Shown: positions 51,176 through 60,658, counted from the stretch's first letter. The stretch is DNA of 64,000 nucleotides from Candidatus Methanomethylicia archaeon (GCA_038727515.1 JAVYVS010000001.1:448001-512000), one strand, 5' to 3'. Numbers and translations are program-made. The notes: a model not told the origin generated them from the sequence alone.

Positions 51176-52111
51176 TTGAGTGAAAGAATAATATTCATCG
51201 GCCATACATCCATAGATAAAGTAAAAAATATTTATGGTGAAAGAGAGCAACCTGGAGGAGCAGCATTATATTCCTCAATAGCTGCAAAAACATTATATGA
51301 TAATGTTGGATTAATCTCAGCAATAGGTAAAGACTACAAATATAAACATATATTCAATATCTTCAAAAATAAAATAATAAAGGAGGTAAGAGTACCATCA
51401 ACATATTTTGAAATATATTATGATGAAAAATGGAATGCAAAATATACTAAAGCAAGGATAGGTGCTGGAAGATATGTTAAAGCTGAAATAATACCAACAC
51501 ATTGGATGACTAGGAAAAATGTATTCCACATTTCACCTATGACACCAAGTAAAGTTGAAAGGATAATAGATCGCATTAGAAAATATACACCTAAATCAAT
51601 GATATCAGTAAATAGTTGGAGCGGTTATATGAAAGATGGAAAACAGAGGAAACATTTAATGAATATAATGAAGAAAGTGGATTTAATGGTTTTAAATGAA
51701 ACGGAAGCAAAACTACTTGCAAAAACAGATTCATTAACACAAGCAATGAATTTATTAAAATGTAAAATGCTTGTTGTAACCCTAGGATCCCTTGGAGCAT
51801 TAATTAAAATGAATGATGAAATCATGATGGTACCAGCATTAACAAGTATGGAACTTAAAATAATGGATACAACTGGTGCAGGAGACTCATGGTGTGGAGC
51901 ATTCTTAGCAGCATACAAATTAACTGGAGAAATAACAAAAGCAATAATAACAGCTTCTCTAATAGCAACAATAAAATGCACTGGGTGGGGATTTGAAGAA
52001 TTAATAAAATTGAGATTTCAATCTGCAGATGATGTAGTAAAACACATACTAAAGATAAAGGAGAGAGATAAACAGAAAAGATTAACAGAATACTTTAAAA
52101 GGGCTATTTAA
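51176..52111 (+). CDS. PfkB family kinase with a C-terminal PIP box
   Basis: IGHTSID, GGAALY, NETEA and DTTGAGD motifs; C-terminal QKRLTEYF. Confidence 0.9.
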   Translation: MSERIIFIGHTSIDKVKNIYGEREQPGGAALYSSIAAKTLYDNVGLISAIGKDYKYKHIFNIFKNKIIKEVRVPSTYFEIYYDEKWNAKYTKARIGAGRYVKAEIIPTHWMTRKNVFHISPMTPSKVERIIDRIRKYTPKSMISVNSWSGYMKDGKQRKHLMNIMKKVDLMVLNETEAKLLAKTDSLTQAMNLLKCKMLVVTLGSLGALIKMNDEIMMVPALTSMELKIMDTTGAGDSWCGAFLAAYKLTGEITKAIITASLIATIKCTGWGFEELIKLRFQSADDVVKHILKIKERDKQKRLTEYFKRAI

Positions 52112-53167
52112 TTAAGATTTAAAGAGTTTATAAATTCTCCAAAGTTCATCTAAAACTGGTTCAGAAATATCAACAACACTTCCATCAACTTTAACCATCT
52201 TCCACCCAAACACATGCTCTTTAAATTCACCAATAATAGAAGCTTTAATTCCAGCTTTATTCAAAACTTCAACAATAGAAGGAGCATATTCAGGTTTAGC
52301 TGAAATTAAAAGTGAACCAGAACTTATGGTTTTCAATGGATCTACACCAAGAATATCACAGATAATTCTAGTTTCCTCATTAACAATAATACTTCCTTCA
52401 TATATAACAAAACCTAAAGAAGATGCAGCAGCCATCTCTTGAACACCACCAAGAACCCCGCCTTCAGTGGGATCATGCATTGATGTAACTCCACCAACAC
52501 TCATAGCCAATTGAGAATCCTTCAAAACACTAAGAAGATTGATATAATTCAAAGCTCGTTTAATGACATCACTTGAAACTTTACCAGTTAAATAATCTGA
52601 AAATTCATTAGCAAATATAAAGGTACCTTCAATACAAGCACCTTTAGTTAAGATTATTAAGTCGCCAGGTTTTGCACCACCAGTGGTGACAAACCTATTC
52701 TTATCAGCTTCACCAAAAGCTGTGGAGATTAGTATTGGTCTATCAAGACCTGGAGTAACTTCAGTATGACCACAAACAATCATAATGCCAAGCCTTTTAG
52801 CTGCTTCATCTATTTCTGCAGTAATATTGTTAAGTAAATCTTCATTAAACCCCTCTGGAAGCAAGATAACCATTGAAACCCATCTAGGAACAGCACCCCT
52901 AGTTGCAACATCATTAGTACTAACACAAAGAGCAAGCCAACCAATATTTCTAGAAGCCCCAGTAATAGGATCAGAATGAACTACTAAAACTTTATCGCCA
53001 AAATCAATGACAGCAGCATCTTCACCAATACCAGGACCCACTAAAACTCTAGAATCAAATACACCAATTCTACCAAAAATATACTTCTCAAGAATTTTAG
53101 GTGGAACCTTACCATAAAAAGGAGCATTAACCACCAATGAAGACACCTCTCTTCTCAATACCAACAT
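52112..53167 (-). CDS. AIR synthase-related protein (HypE/ThiL/SelD superfamily)
   Basis: GPGIGEDAA, SDPITGA, NDVAT, GHTEVT, MHDPTEGG and ISSGSLL motifs; true start probably near 53134-53137. Confidence 0.88.
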   Translation of the reverse strand: MLVLRREVSSLVVNAPFYGKVPPKILEKYIFGRIGVFDSRVLVGPGIGEDAAVIDFGDKVLVVHSDPITGASRNIGWLALCVSTNDVATRGAVPRWVSMVILLPEGFNEDLLNNITAEIDEAAKRLGIMIVCGHTEVTPGLDRPILISTAFGEADKNRFVTTGGAKPGDLIILTKGACIEGTFIFANEFSDYLTGKVSSDVIKRALNYINLLSVLKDSQLAMSVGGVTSMHDPTEGGVLGGVQEMAAASSLGFVIYEGSIIVNEETRIICDILGVDPLKTISSGSLLISAKPEYAPSIVEVLNKAGIKASIIGEFKEHVFGWKMVKVDGSVVDISEPVLDELWRIYKLFKS

Positions 53168-53864
53168 AAACTATGGAAGAAACAATTAAACCAATAAGCA
53201 TTTGCATAAAATTAAATGGAACTTCAATCAATGCAGCCCAACCATAAGATAATACATAGAATTCATATAGGAAATACCCTAAAATCATAGTTAATCCACC
53301 AATAATACAAGATAAAGCTGATGCAAAATATCGTACATCAATTCTAACATATACATAGATAAACAGAATAAACACGAAAACAGAAGAAAAAATCCAGAAA
53401 ATATTTGGAAGACTAAAAATTAAACTACTATAACCAAAATTTGGAATTCCAAAATAAATTTCAGAGGGACCAGAATAATACATTAACCCCATGTACATGA
53501 AAGATAGAAATATGAGTATAGTAATTGATGAAAATAAAACTAAACTCTTAAAATCACGCTTAAACCTAAACCTCCTAAATAGGCAATTTAACAAACCTAC
53601 AATAAACCCCTCCAAACCTTTAATAACTAATGTTCCAGGAGCATACCAAAAATAACCAGTGAAAATATCAGCTAAAGCTGAACCTAATCCTCCAGCAACA
53701 CCTCCCACAATAGGACCAAAAAGTAATGCTGAAATATAGACTCCAATTTCACCAAAATTGAAATATCCATGAGTTTCATAAATATAAAGTTGAAAAGTCA
53801 TAGTTAATACACAAACTAATGCTGTCATAAACCCCATAATAGATATACGCCTAGCCAAAGACAA
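53127..53864 (-). CDS. ECF transporter S component with an extra internal hairpin
   Basis: TALVCVLT, GYFNFGE, GLGSALADI, APGTLVIKGLEG and EVPFNFMQ motifs. Confidence 0.88.
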   Translation of the reverse strand: MSLARRISIMGFMTALVCVLTMTFQLYIYETHGYFNFGEIGVYISALLFGPIVGGVAGGLGSALADIFTGYFWYAPGTLVIKGLEGFIVGLLNCLFRRFRFKRDFKSLVLFSSITILIFLSFMYMGLMYYSGPSEIYFGIPNFGYSSLIFSLPNIFWIFSSVFVFILFIYVYVRIDVRYFASALSCIIGGLTMILGYFLYEFYVLSYGWAALIEVPFNFMQMLIGLIVSSIVYVGIEKRGVFIGG

Positions 53865-54015
53865 AAAGGTCACCAAACATGAATATAAAACATACATTTA
53901 TATACATTGTTAACGTATAAATTCCGATAATTAAAGAAATGAAAACACTGTTATAATAAACCTTTTAAATAAATAGCAATATAATGTATGTAATAAAAGT
54001 TTAAAGGTGAAAAAC

Positions 54016-54063
54016 ATGAGTAAATGTGGAAAGAAGAAGGAAAAGAAGGAAGAGAAAAAATAG
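54016..54063 (+). CDS. Putative 15-aa Lys/Glu-rich micropeptide
   Basis: GGTGA RBS at 54006-54010, 5-nt spacer, ATG: MSKCGKKKEKKEEKK*; upstream TTTTAAATA TATA-like box. Confidence 0.5.
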   Translation: MSKCGKKKEKKEEKK

Positions 54064-54083
54064 AAGTAAATTGAAGCACCCTC

Positions 54084-55577
54084 CTAAAACTTCTTTCTCC
54101 ACTTTTTCCCTATAGGATAGAAATCATCTGGAACATTATGATATTCAAGTGTTAATAGATCTGCAGGTCCAAGTCCAGGTGAATCTATGGGATAATCCAA
54201 TGCTACTACACTATCCCAAAAAGCTCTATGATGAATTCTATCCTTTAAAACAATAATATCCTTATTTCTAGGTTCAATCCCCAAAGCTTTAAATCCTTGA
54301 TCATCCATTGGAGCTCTAAGCCTCTTAGAAATTATCACATGTCTACCTTCACCCATATTTACCACAGCCACTAAATCCTCATGTACACGTCTACCACGAC
54401 CCATAGGACCTACAAGTGTATATTCCACTGGACCTATAAACTCTAATACACCAGTAATCTCCACAGGTTCACCTGAAATTGGATGAGCCCATCCTCCAAC
54501 TTTAATTCTAACAGTTTCACCAATTTTAGCATTATTTTTAAGCCATTCTAAAGCATTAGGATCTGCAATTCCACCAATAACAAAATTCTTAGCTCCTTGA
54601 AGGATAAGCTCTCTTAAAACATGAGTGCCATCACCAATTCTATCACTATGTTCAGCAATAAGTATAGGTTTAACACCACTAGCAACTAAACGTAAAACTT
54701 CAGCTACACCTTCCTTAGGTTTCGGGATTGGTTTAGTGAATTCATTACGTAAACTCCAAATGAGATCTGAAATATCTTGAGCAGCTCTTTCAGCTAAATT
54801 TCTATCACCATTAGTAACCACGAAAACTGATGCACCAATATCAGGTACATCTGCATAAGCATAACCAGCAGCAACAGAAGCACAATAAACACCCTTAGCC
54901 TCCCATTCTCTACAACGATCATAAACTATCTTCATTGGTGGATAATCAGTAGCTTGATATATACTTGCAAATACAAGTCCAGGTTTACGGAAGGCCATAA
55001 CAGGTTTAAATTCACCCTTAATAGTTTTAATCATACATCTAGCTGCAATAATCCCTATGTCTTCAGAATCCACATGTGGATATGTTTTAAGTATGAAAAC
55101 TGCATCAGCAACTTCAGCTAATTCATGATCTTCATTAGCATGTAAATCCAATGTAACCATTATGGGTATATCACCCACAACCCTTCTTACACGTCTAACA
55201 ATTTCAGCTTCAGGTTTAGGTATACCTTCCACAGCCATTGCACCATGAAGAGCAAGTAAAACTCCATCAAATGGCCCTTTATCTCTAATACCATCAACAA
55301 TTTCACCAGTAATCCTTTCAAATGCATCCAATGTAATCCAACCACTATAACCAGTAGCAGTAGTTCTACCAGCCTCCAAAATACCAATAAGTTCAGCACC
55401 TTCTTCATCTGCAACCTTCATAAAACCACGTATATAATTTGGATATGTTCTAGCATGCTCAAATATCGCATTACCTCTAATAATGAAATCTTTAAACATA
55501 TCATATGTTGTTTTAACTGGAACAAAAGTGCATGTTTCATGGGAAAAACTAGCTACAGCTATTCTCAAGGTTATCAA
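54084..55577 (-). CDS. M81 family metallopeptidase (MlrC-like)
   Basis: HETCTF, LALHGAM, TLDLHAN, KTYPHVD and YADVP motifs. Confidence 0.92.
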   Translation of the reverse strand: MITLRIAVASFSHETCTFVPVKTTYDMFKDFIIRGNAIFEHARTYPNYIRGFMKVADEEGAELIGILEAGRTTATGYSGWITLDAFERITGEIVDGIRDKGPFDGVLLALHGAMAVEGIPKPEAEIVRRVRRVVGDIPIMVTLDLHANEDHELAEVADAVFILKTYPHVDSEDIGIIAARCMIKTIKGEFKPVMAFRKPGLVFASIYQATDYPPMKIVYDRCREWEAKGVYCASVAAGYAYADVPDIGASVFVVTNGDRNLAERAAQDISDLIWSLRNEFTKPIPKPKEGVAEVLRLVASGVKPILIAEHSDRIGDGTHVLRELILQGAKNFVIGGIADPNALEWLKNNAKIGETVRIKVGGWAHPISGEPVEITGVLEFIGPVEYTLVGPMGRGRRVHEDLVAVVNMGEGRHVIISKRLRAPMDDQGFKALGIEPRNKDIIVLKDRIHHRAFWDSVVALDYPIDSPGLGPADLLTLEYHNVPDDFYPIGKKWRKKF

Positions 55578-55690
55578 AATATAATTTAACTTAAAACTTA
55601 ATAAGGCTATTTAATGAAAAGAAAAATCAATTATCATCATTGACATGGAAAGGTTAAAGGTGTTTAAAGTAAATTATTAATGGTGATCCC

Positions 55691-56092
55691 ATGACAAAAA
55701 TAGTTACAATTGAAAGTACTAGGAGAGTGGAGTTCATTGATATTACAAGGAAAATAGAAGAATTAATCGATGAAAATATTGAAGAAGGATTATGCAACAT
55801 ATACTCTCCACATACCACGGCTGGTTTAACCATAAATGAAAACTATGATCCAAGTGTAGTTAAAGATATAATTGAAACATTAGAAGTAATAGTTCCAGAA
55901 AATAGAGAATATAATCATGTAGAGGGAAATGCACCTGCACATATAAAGACATGTATAATTGGAAACTCATTAACAATACCAATAAATAATGGTAAACTTA
56001 TGTTAGGAAGATGGCAAGGAATATTCCTATGCGAATTCGATGGACCGAGGAAAAGAAACATCTATGTAACAATAATACCAATCAAGAAATAG
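55691..56092 (+). CDS. yjbQ: YjbQ/UPF0047 family (secondary thiamine-phosphate synthase)
   Basis: PHTTAGLTINE, GNAPAHIK and LGRWQGIFLCEFDGPR motifs. Confidence 0.93.
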   Translation: MTKIVTIESTRRVEFIDITRKIEELIDENIEEGLCNIYSPHTTAGLTINENYDPSVVKDIIETLEVIVPENREYNHVEGNAPAHIKTCIIGNSLTIPINNGKLMLGRWQGIFLCEFDGPRKRNIYVTIIPIKK

Positions 56093-56098
56093 TTTTAA

Positions 56099-57265
56099 TC
56101 AATCCTTTCTTAAAAACCATAAACTCACCAATAGGGTTATGGCCAATACTTCACATATCAAACTGAAAACAACAATTCCAAAGCTATATACAGTAAGTAG
56201 TAAAGCCATAATCATAGTTCCAATCATCCATGAAATACCAGAGGCAAAGGAATATATCCCATAGGCGTAAGCCCTATTAGATGGCTCAGTTAAATCTGCT
56301 ACAGCAGCCCTCATAATAGTTTCATATGCACCCATAAAAACACCCCAAAGAATTGCTGCCAAAACGTATGCCAACAAATGATTGCTAATTATCAGTGATG
56401 GTATCAGTAATGCTGATAATGGAGCAACAATAATTACCTTTAGACCATGCTTATCATATGCTAAACCCATTGGAAGAGCGACAATAGCATCAACACCCAT
56501 AGCCAAAGTATAGAGTAAAGCAATATAGTAATCTGGGATAACACCCACATCCCTAAGATAAAAGGATAAAATACTCCTCCACTGCAGAAAACCAAGCATC
56601 ATTAGAGATGAAGAAAATGTGTAAATCCAGAAAACCCTGCTTAAACTACCCCTACCACCAACACTTCCAGCAGCAGCTTCAACCCTAGGATAAAGAATAG
56701 CAGCAATACTTAAACAAATCAAAGAGAGAATCACTGGAATGGTTAGAATTGAAAATGCATATTGATAATTATTATTGGAGATATATAATGCATATGCAAC
56801 GCTTAATGGACCAATGAAAGCGCCAGCTTGATCTATAACTTCATGTAAACCAAAACCTTTACCTCTACCCATATCTTCAGTAACCTCAGACAATATTACA
56901 TCCCTAACTGGACCCCTCAAACCTTTACCAATCCTCTCAACAAATACTAGGAGAAAAACCAGTTCAGGCCTACCAGCCAATGCAAGCAGAGGCATGGAAA
57001 AATTAGTTATATAACCAAGGAAAACCAACCCCCAATAAACAATACTAGACCTAGACCTAGAAGCAGCCCAACCACCAATTAAACGAGCAACATAACTAAA
57101 GAATTCAGGTAAACCAAGAAGACCAGTAAAAATTGCGGATGCACCTAAAAACTCCATATAAGAGCCAGTAACAGAGCCGCCACCCTCGTAAGCCATATCA
57201 GCAAAAAGTGAAACCATACCAAGCATGAGAAAGACAACAATAAACCTTCTATTCATACCCAACAC
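56099..57265 (-). CDS. MFS transporter
   Basis: VSLFADMAYEG, ERIGKGLRGPVRD and GFGLHEVIDQAGAFIGP motifs. Confidence 0.92.
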   Translation of the reverse strand: MLGMNRRFIVVFLMLGMVSLFADMAYEGGGSVTGSYMEFLGASAIFTGLLGLPEFFSYVARLIGGWAASRSRSSIVYWGLVFLGYITNFSMPLLALAGRPELVFLLVFVERIGKGLRGPVRDVILSEVTEDMGRGKGFGLHEVIDQAGAFIGPLSVAYALYISNNNYQYAFSILTIPVILSLICLSIAAILYPRVEAAAGSVGGRGSLSRVFWIYTFSSSLMMLGFLQWRSILSFYLRDVGVIPDYYIALLYTLAMGVDAIVALPMGLAYDKHGLKVIIVAPLSALLIPSLIISNHLLAYVLAAILWGVFMGAYETIMRAAVADLTEPSNRAYAYGIYSFASGISWMIGTMIMALLLTVYSFGIVVFSLICEVLAITLLVSLWFLRKD

Positions 57266-57361
57266 TTATATAGCCATAATATTTGGCTTAAAAATATAAA
57301 GATTTCCATAACTCAAAATCACAATCACTTAAAATTGGAATATATTTAATTATGAAATTCA

Positions 57362-58057
57362 ATGAAAGGAGAATATTTATCTGAAAAGAAAAGGAGAAAA
57401 ATAAAAAGTATAGTTGATGAGCACAGTAAAAAAGTTGTATTAATATCAATACTAACAATCTTGTTATTCTCATACATAAATCTACAAATAGTAAAAGCTG
57501 CAGAACCATTCCAAGATGATGAAATAAATAGCTACATAGGAAAAGAAGTAATTATTGAAGAACTCCACCAACTTGTAATATTGATTGAAACAAAATACCC
57601 AAAACATAGCTTCTTAATAAAGTTTAAAATAGTTGATGCAGAAATTAAATGGATAGAAGATGCAAAAGGACGTACTAAGATTGAACTTAAACTTAAAAGA
57701 GTAATTATCGCAGAAATTCTAGATTATGGTGAAAAAAGTTCCGTTCAACCTCAATGGCAATATCATTACGAAGTAACATTATCACCAGGTTATGCTGCAA
57801 TGCATGTACGCCATTATATTCAAGGCCTCGCAATCTTCGATAGTCTTACATATTGGAATATTATAAACAATTCTAATGATTATGCCTATATTGGTATAGG
57901 ATTATGGAACTGGAATGAGTGGAGAGGAATATACGACATTTATAATGAGACACCAGCTTGGGATATTAGTTACACATGGTCTTATCCAGCATATTATAGC
58001 CACTACACATGGAATCTATCATGGAGTACCATACATGCAAATGTATACTATGATTGA
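57362..58057 (+). CDS. Hypothetical secreted protein with a Trp/Tyr-rich C-terminal domain
   Basis: Basic N-terminus, hydrophobic helix and VKA-AE cleavage-like site; the last ~100 aa are very rich in W/Y/N/H. Confidence 0.6.
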   Translation: MKGEYLSEKKRRKIKSIVDEHSKKVVLISILTILLFSYINLQIVKAAEPFQDDEINSYIGKEVIIEELHQLVILIETKYPKHSFLIKFKIVDAEIKWIEDAKGRTKIELKLKRVIIAEILDYGEKSSVQPQWQYHYEVTLSPGYAAMHVRHYIQGLAIFDSLTYWNIINNSNDYAYIGIGLWNWNEWRGIYDIYNETPAWDISYTWSYPAYYSHYTWNLSWSTIHANVYYD

Positions 58058-58104
58058 TATTATGAATAAAATTGGAGTTTAACTTGATAAAACGTTAAAC
58101 TATT

Positions 58105-58836
58105 TTACCCTTCCAAATTCTTTACGAACTCTTCCACCGATACACCCCAAACCCTTAAATGCTCAGGCCAAAGTTTCTTCCTCGCTTCTTCACTAAGATT
58201 CTTAACATATTCACTCCAATAATCCCATGAATAAAGTTTATCATTAACCACCTTGAGTGCAAACAAACCATTTGAATCGTAGGTGTTTGAAAGTAGAAGT
58301 ATTGGTTTTATTTTCGATGCTGGATCGCGGGAAAGCCTTTCAGTTGTTGGATCATAAATTATTTTACCCATAAATAATAACCATTTTTCACCTGGTTTAA
58401 AGAGTGGTAACACATCTAAATGGATAAATCTATCCCATTTTGGATTATAACCACCTATTTGATATAACCATATCTCATCACTTTCTATGGAACCTTTAAT
58501 AACCTTAACAACCCTAGCCTTATATAAAGTAAATATATGCTCATATTCACGCATATAATAGCTTATAAGTTGTTTATCTATTTCAACAATAGCAATAAGG
58601 TCACTCCTATCAAAGAGATTCTTATAACTTTCACTAACAATAAGACGCCAAGCCAGTTCTGTCAAAGCTATATTTATTTTTGATTCATCAACTTCATTAA
58701 AATAATGAATTTCAATAGGCGGTTTATATTCACCAATTTCATTAATATTAATAAGTGATGTGGAATACACTAATATTGGTACTAGAGACATAAACGAAGA
58801 GGATATTAATAAAATACGTAAATGCTTTAAATACAT
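58105..58836 (-). CDS. Hypothetical exported protein, NTR/TIMP-like OB-fold pattern
   Basis: N-terminal hydrophobic helix; SDLIAIVEI...TLY...V-x-KVIKG...YQIGG...FKPGEKWLLF. Confidence 0.6.
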   Translation of the reverse strand: MYLKHLRILLISSSFMSLVPILVYSTSLININEIGEYKPPIEIHYFNEVDESKINIALTELAWRLIVSESYKNLFDRSDLIAIVEIDKQLISYYMREYEHIFTLYKARVVKVIKGSIESDEIWLYQIGGYNPKWDRFIHLDVLPLFKPGEKWLLFMGKIIYDPTTERLSRDPASKIKPILLLSNTYDSNGLFALKVVNDKLYSWDYWSEYVKNLSEEARKKLWPEHLRVWGVSVEEFVKNLEG

Positions 58837-59305
58837 GATGACCCACCAACCAAAAGGTTCATATGATTTACATTAATTACGATACTATTATTGAAATACA
58901 TAAATAAAGGAAGCATTTCTACCATAATAAAATTACATTGATCTTATATGTATAGTGCTTAAAAGGAAGTTATTTGTTGATTATTTTGATGTAAGTTTAT
59001 TGAAAGAATTACTCTTAAAAGCCTTAAAATTCTTCATATTTTGTAATTTTTTAATATCAATTTAATAGTTTTTCATGTAAAAGTGAAAAAGATGATGTTT
59101 ATACTTTAAAGGATGACATTTATGCCATTTGTTATGTAAAATTAGAAGTGGTTAAACTGAAAATCAAATTCAATTTAAAAGATGAAATGTAGAGATATCT
59201 TGAAAAGAAATGGTAATAGAGATTTGATGACTTGTTGAATTGATATACATAGAATACTTGAATAAAATAATTCATAAAGATACTTTAAAAATTATTATGT
59301 TAATC

Positions 59306-59884
59306 CTATGTGTTGAGACTTAGGTAACCTTCAATTATTATTATTGATCCGAGTATGATAAATGTAAGTGAAGATATGATTTTGAGATACTTCTTTGGGA
59401 TTAAGCTTAAGCATTTACTGCCGAAAATTACGCTTATGCCAGTTATTATGATGAATGCTAACATTACTCCACATAGTACGGTTATGGGATTATTGAATGT
59501 AGCTGCCATAAGTATTGAGGTTAGTTGAGTTTTATCACCCAACTCCATCAATGAAATCAAGATAAAAGTATTCATAAAGGAGGCCGTACTATCTTTGAAA
59601 AGCATGTTATCATCCTTTTCCCGAAAAGAAAGTACACCAAATACAATGAAAACTAAACCACAAATTATACTAACTATTGAGTGAGGTATAAAGTTTAAGA
59701 GGCTCCCACCAACCAAAGCACTTAAACCATCAACCACAAAAAACGCAGAGATAGCACCTAAAAACACTTTAATCACTGGCTTGTTTGAAGACAATATGAT
59801 TGTACATATCTGTGTTTTATCGCCTAACTCAGCCAAGAAAATAAGCATGAAAGATGTGAAAAGCGGCGTCCAATCAATATTCAT
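59306..59884 (-). CDS. TMEM165/GDT1 (UPF0016) family Mn2+/Ca2+ transporter
   Basis: Two ELGDKTQ motifs; six TM helices. Confidence 0.94.
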   Translation of the reverse strand: MNIDWTPLFTSFMLIFLAELGDKTQICTIILSSNKPVIKVFLGAISAFFVVDGLSALVGGSLLNFIPHSIVSIICGLVFIVFGVLSFREKDDNMLFKDSTASFMNTFILISLMELGDKTQLTSILMAATFNNPITVLCGVMLAFIIITGISVIFGSKCLSLIPKKYLKIISSLTFIILGSIIIIEGYLSLNT

Positions 59885-59967
59885 AAAACCACTTCTATAC
59901 TTCTATAAAGTATATTTTACTGAATATTTAACATTAATTATCTGGAGAATTACTTTGTTAATTTCTG

Positions 59968-60084
59968 TTAAGCCTTTACTTTCCCAGTTAGGCTGGTCAC
60001 ATAAATAGTTTGGATTTTCACTATGAACACCAATTCAGCTAGGATGATGGAAGATGTGAAGAACGGTATTAAGTCTAAATCCAT
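59968..60084 (-). pseudogene. Degenerate fragment resembling the GDT1 N-terminus
   Basis: MDLDLIPFFTSSIILAELVF... compared with the downstream MNIDWTPLFTSFMLIFLAELGDK; stops after 38 codons. Confidence 0.5.
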
Positions 60085-60146
60085 AATTCAAAGCATAGAT
60101 AGAAAGCTATTAAACTTTATTAACCCTATTAATATTGGTGAATATT

Positions 60147-60626
60147 ATGATTAAAATTCTAGTCTTATACTATTCCAGAACTGGTAACGTTGAAACTTTA
60201 GCTCGAGCAGTAGCTGAGGGAGCCAAAAGTGTTGAAAACGTAGTAGTAGATGTAAAACGCGTAGATTATGCAACCATTGAAGACTTAATTTCATGTGATG
60301 GAGTTGCTGTGGGTTCCCCAAACTATTTCGGTTACATGGCAGGTATAATGAAAGATTTCTTCGATAAAGCATGGAGTGTTAGAGATAAACTTACTGGAAA
60401 ACCCTTTATTGCTTTCACCTGTGGAGGAAGTTCAAGAAATACAGCGCTTTTGAGCATTGAACAAGTTTTACAAGCTTTCAAAATGGAGAAAGTTGCTGAG
60501 GGAATTGCCTGGGGGCTTAGAGATCATGGAATACCAGCTGAAAAAGATTTATCTGAATTAAGAAAACTTGGAGAGAAATTAGCTATGGAAGTTAAAAGGA
60601 GGAAAACTGAGGTTCCAAAAGCCTAA
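60147..60626 (+). CDS. Flavodoxin/WrbA-like NAD(P)H-dependent oxidoreductase
   Basis: YYSRTGNVETLA, VGSPNYFG and MKDFFD motifs. Confidence 0.9.
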   Translation: MIKILVLYYSRTGNVETLARAVAEGAKSVENVVVDVKRVDYATIEDLISCDGVAVGSPNYFGYMAGIMKDFFDKAWSVRDKLTGKPFIAFTCGGSSRNTALLSIEQVLQAFKMEKVAEGIAWGLRDHGIPAEKDLSELRKLGEKLAMEVKRRKTEVPKA

Positions 60627-60658
60627 CTAATTAACTAACATTTATTGGTGGGAGAGTA

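Noticed and set aside
58837-59305. Long AT-rich gap checked for a CRISPR array, MITE, C/D-box sRNA or pseudogene
   Set aside because: No direct or terminal inverted repeats were seen, ATGATGA-like boxes lack a matching CTGA partner, and the reading frames are short and unrecognisable.
59885-60134. Possible yybP-ykoY (Mn) riboswitch upstream of the GDT1 transporter
   Set aside because: No recognisable conserved core or GC-rich stems; the region is better explained as a gene remnant.
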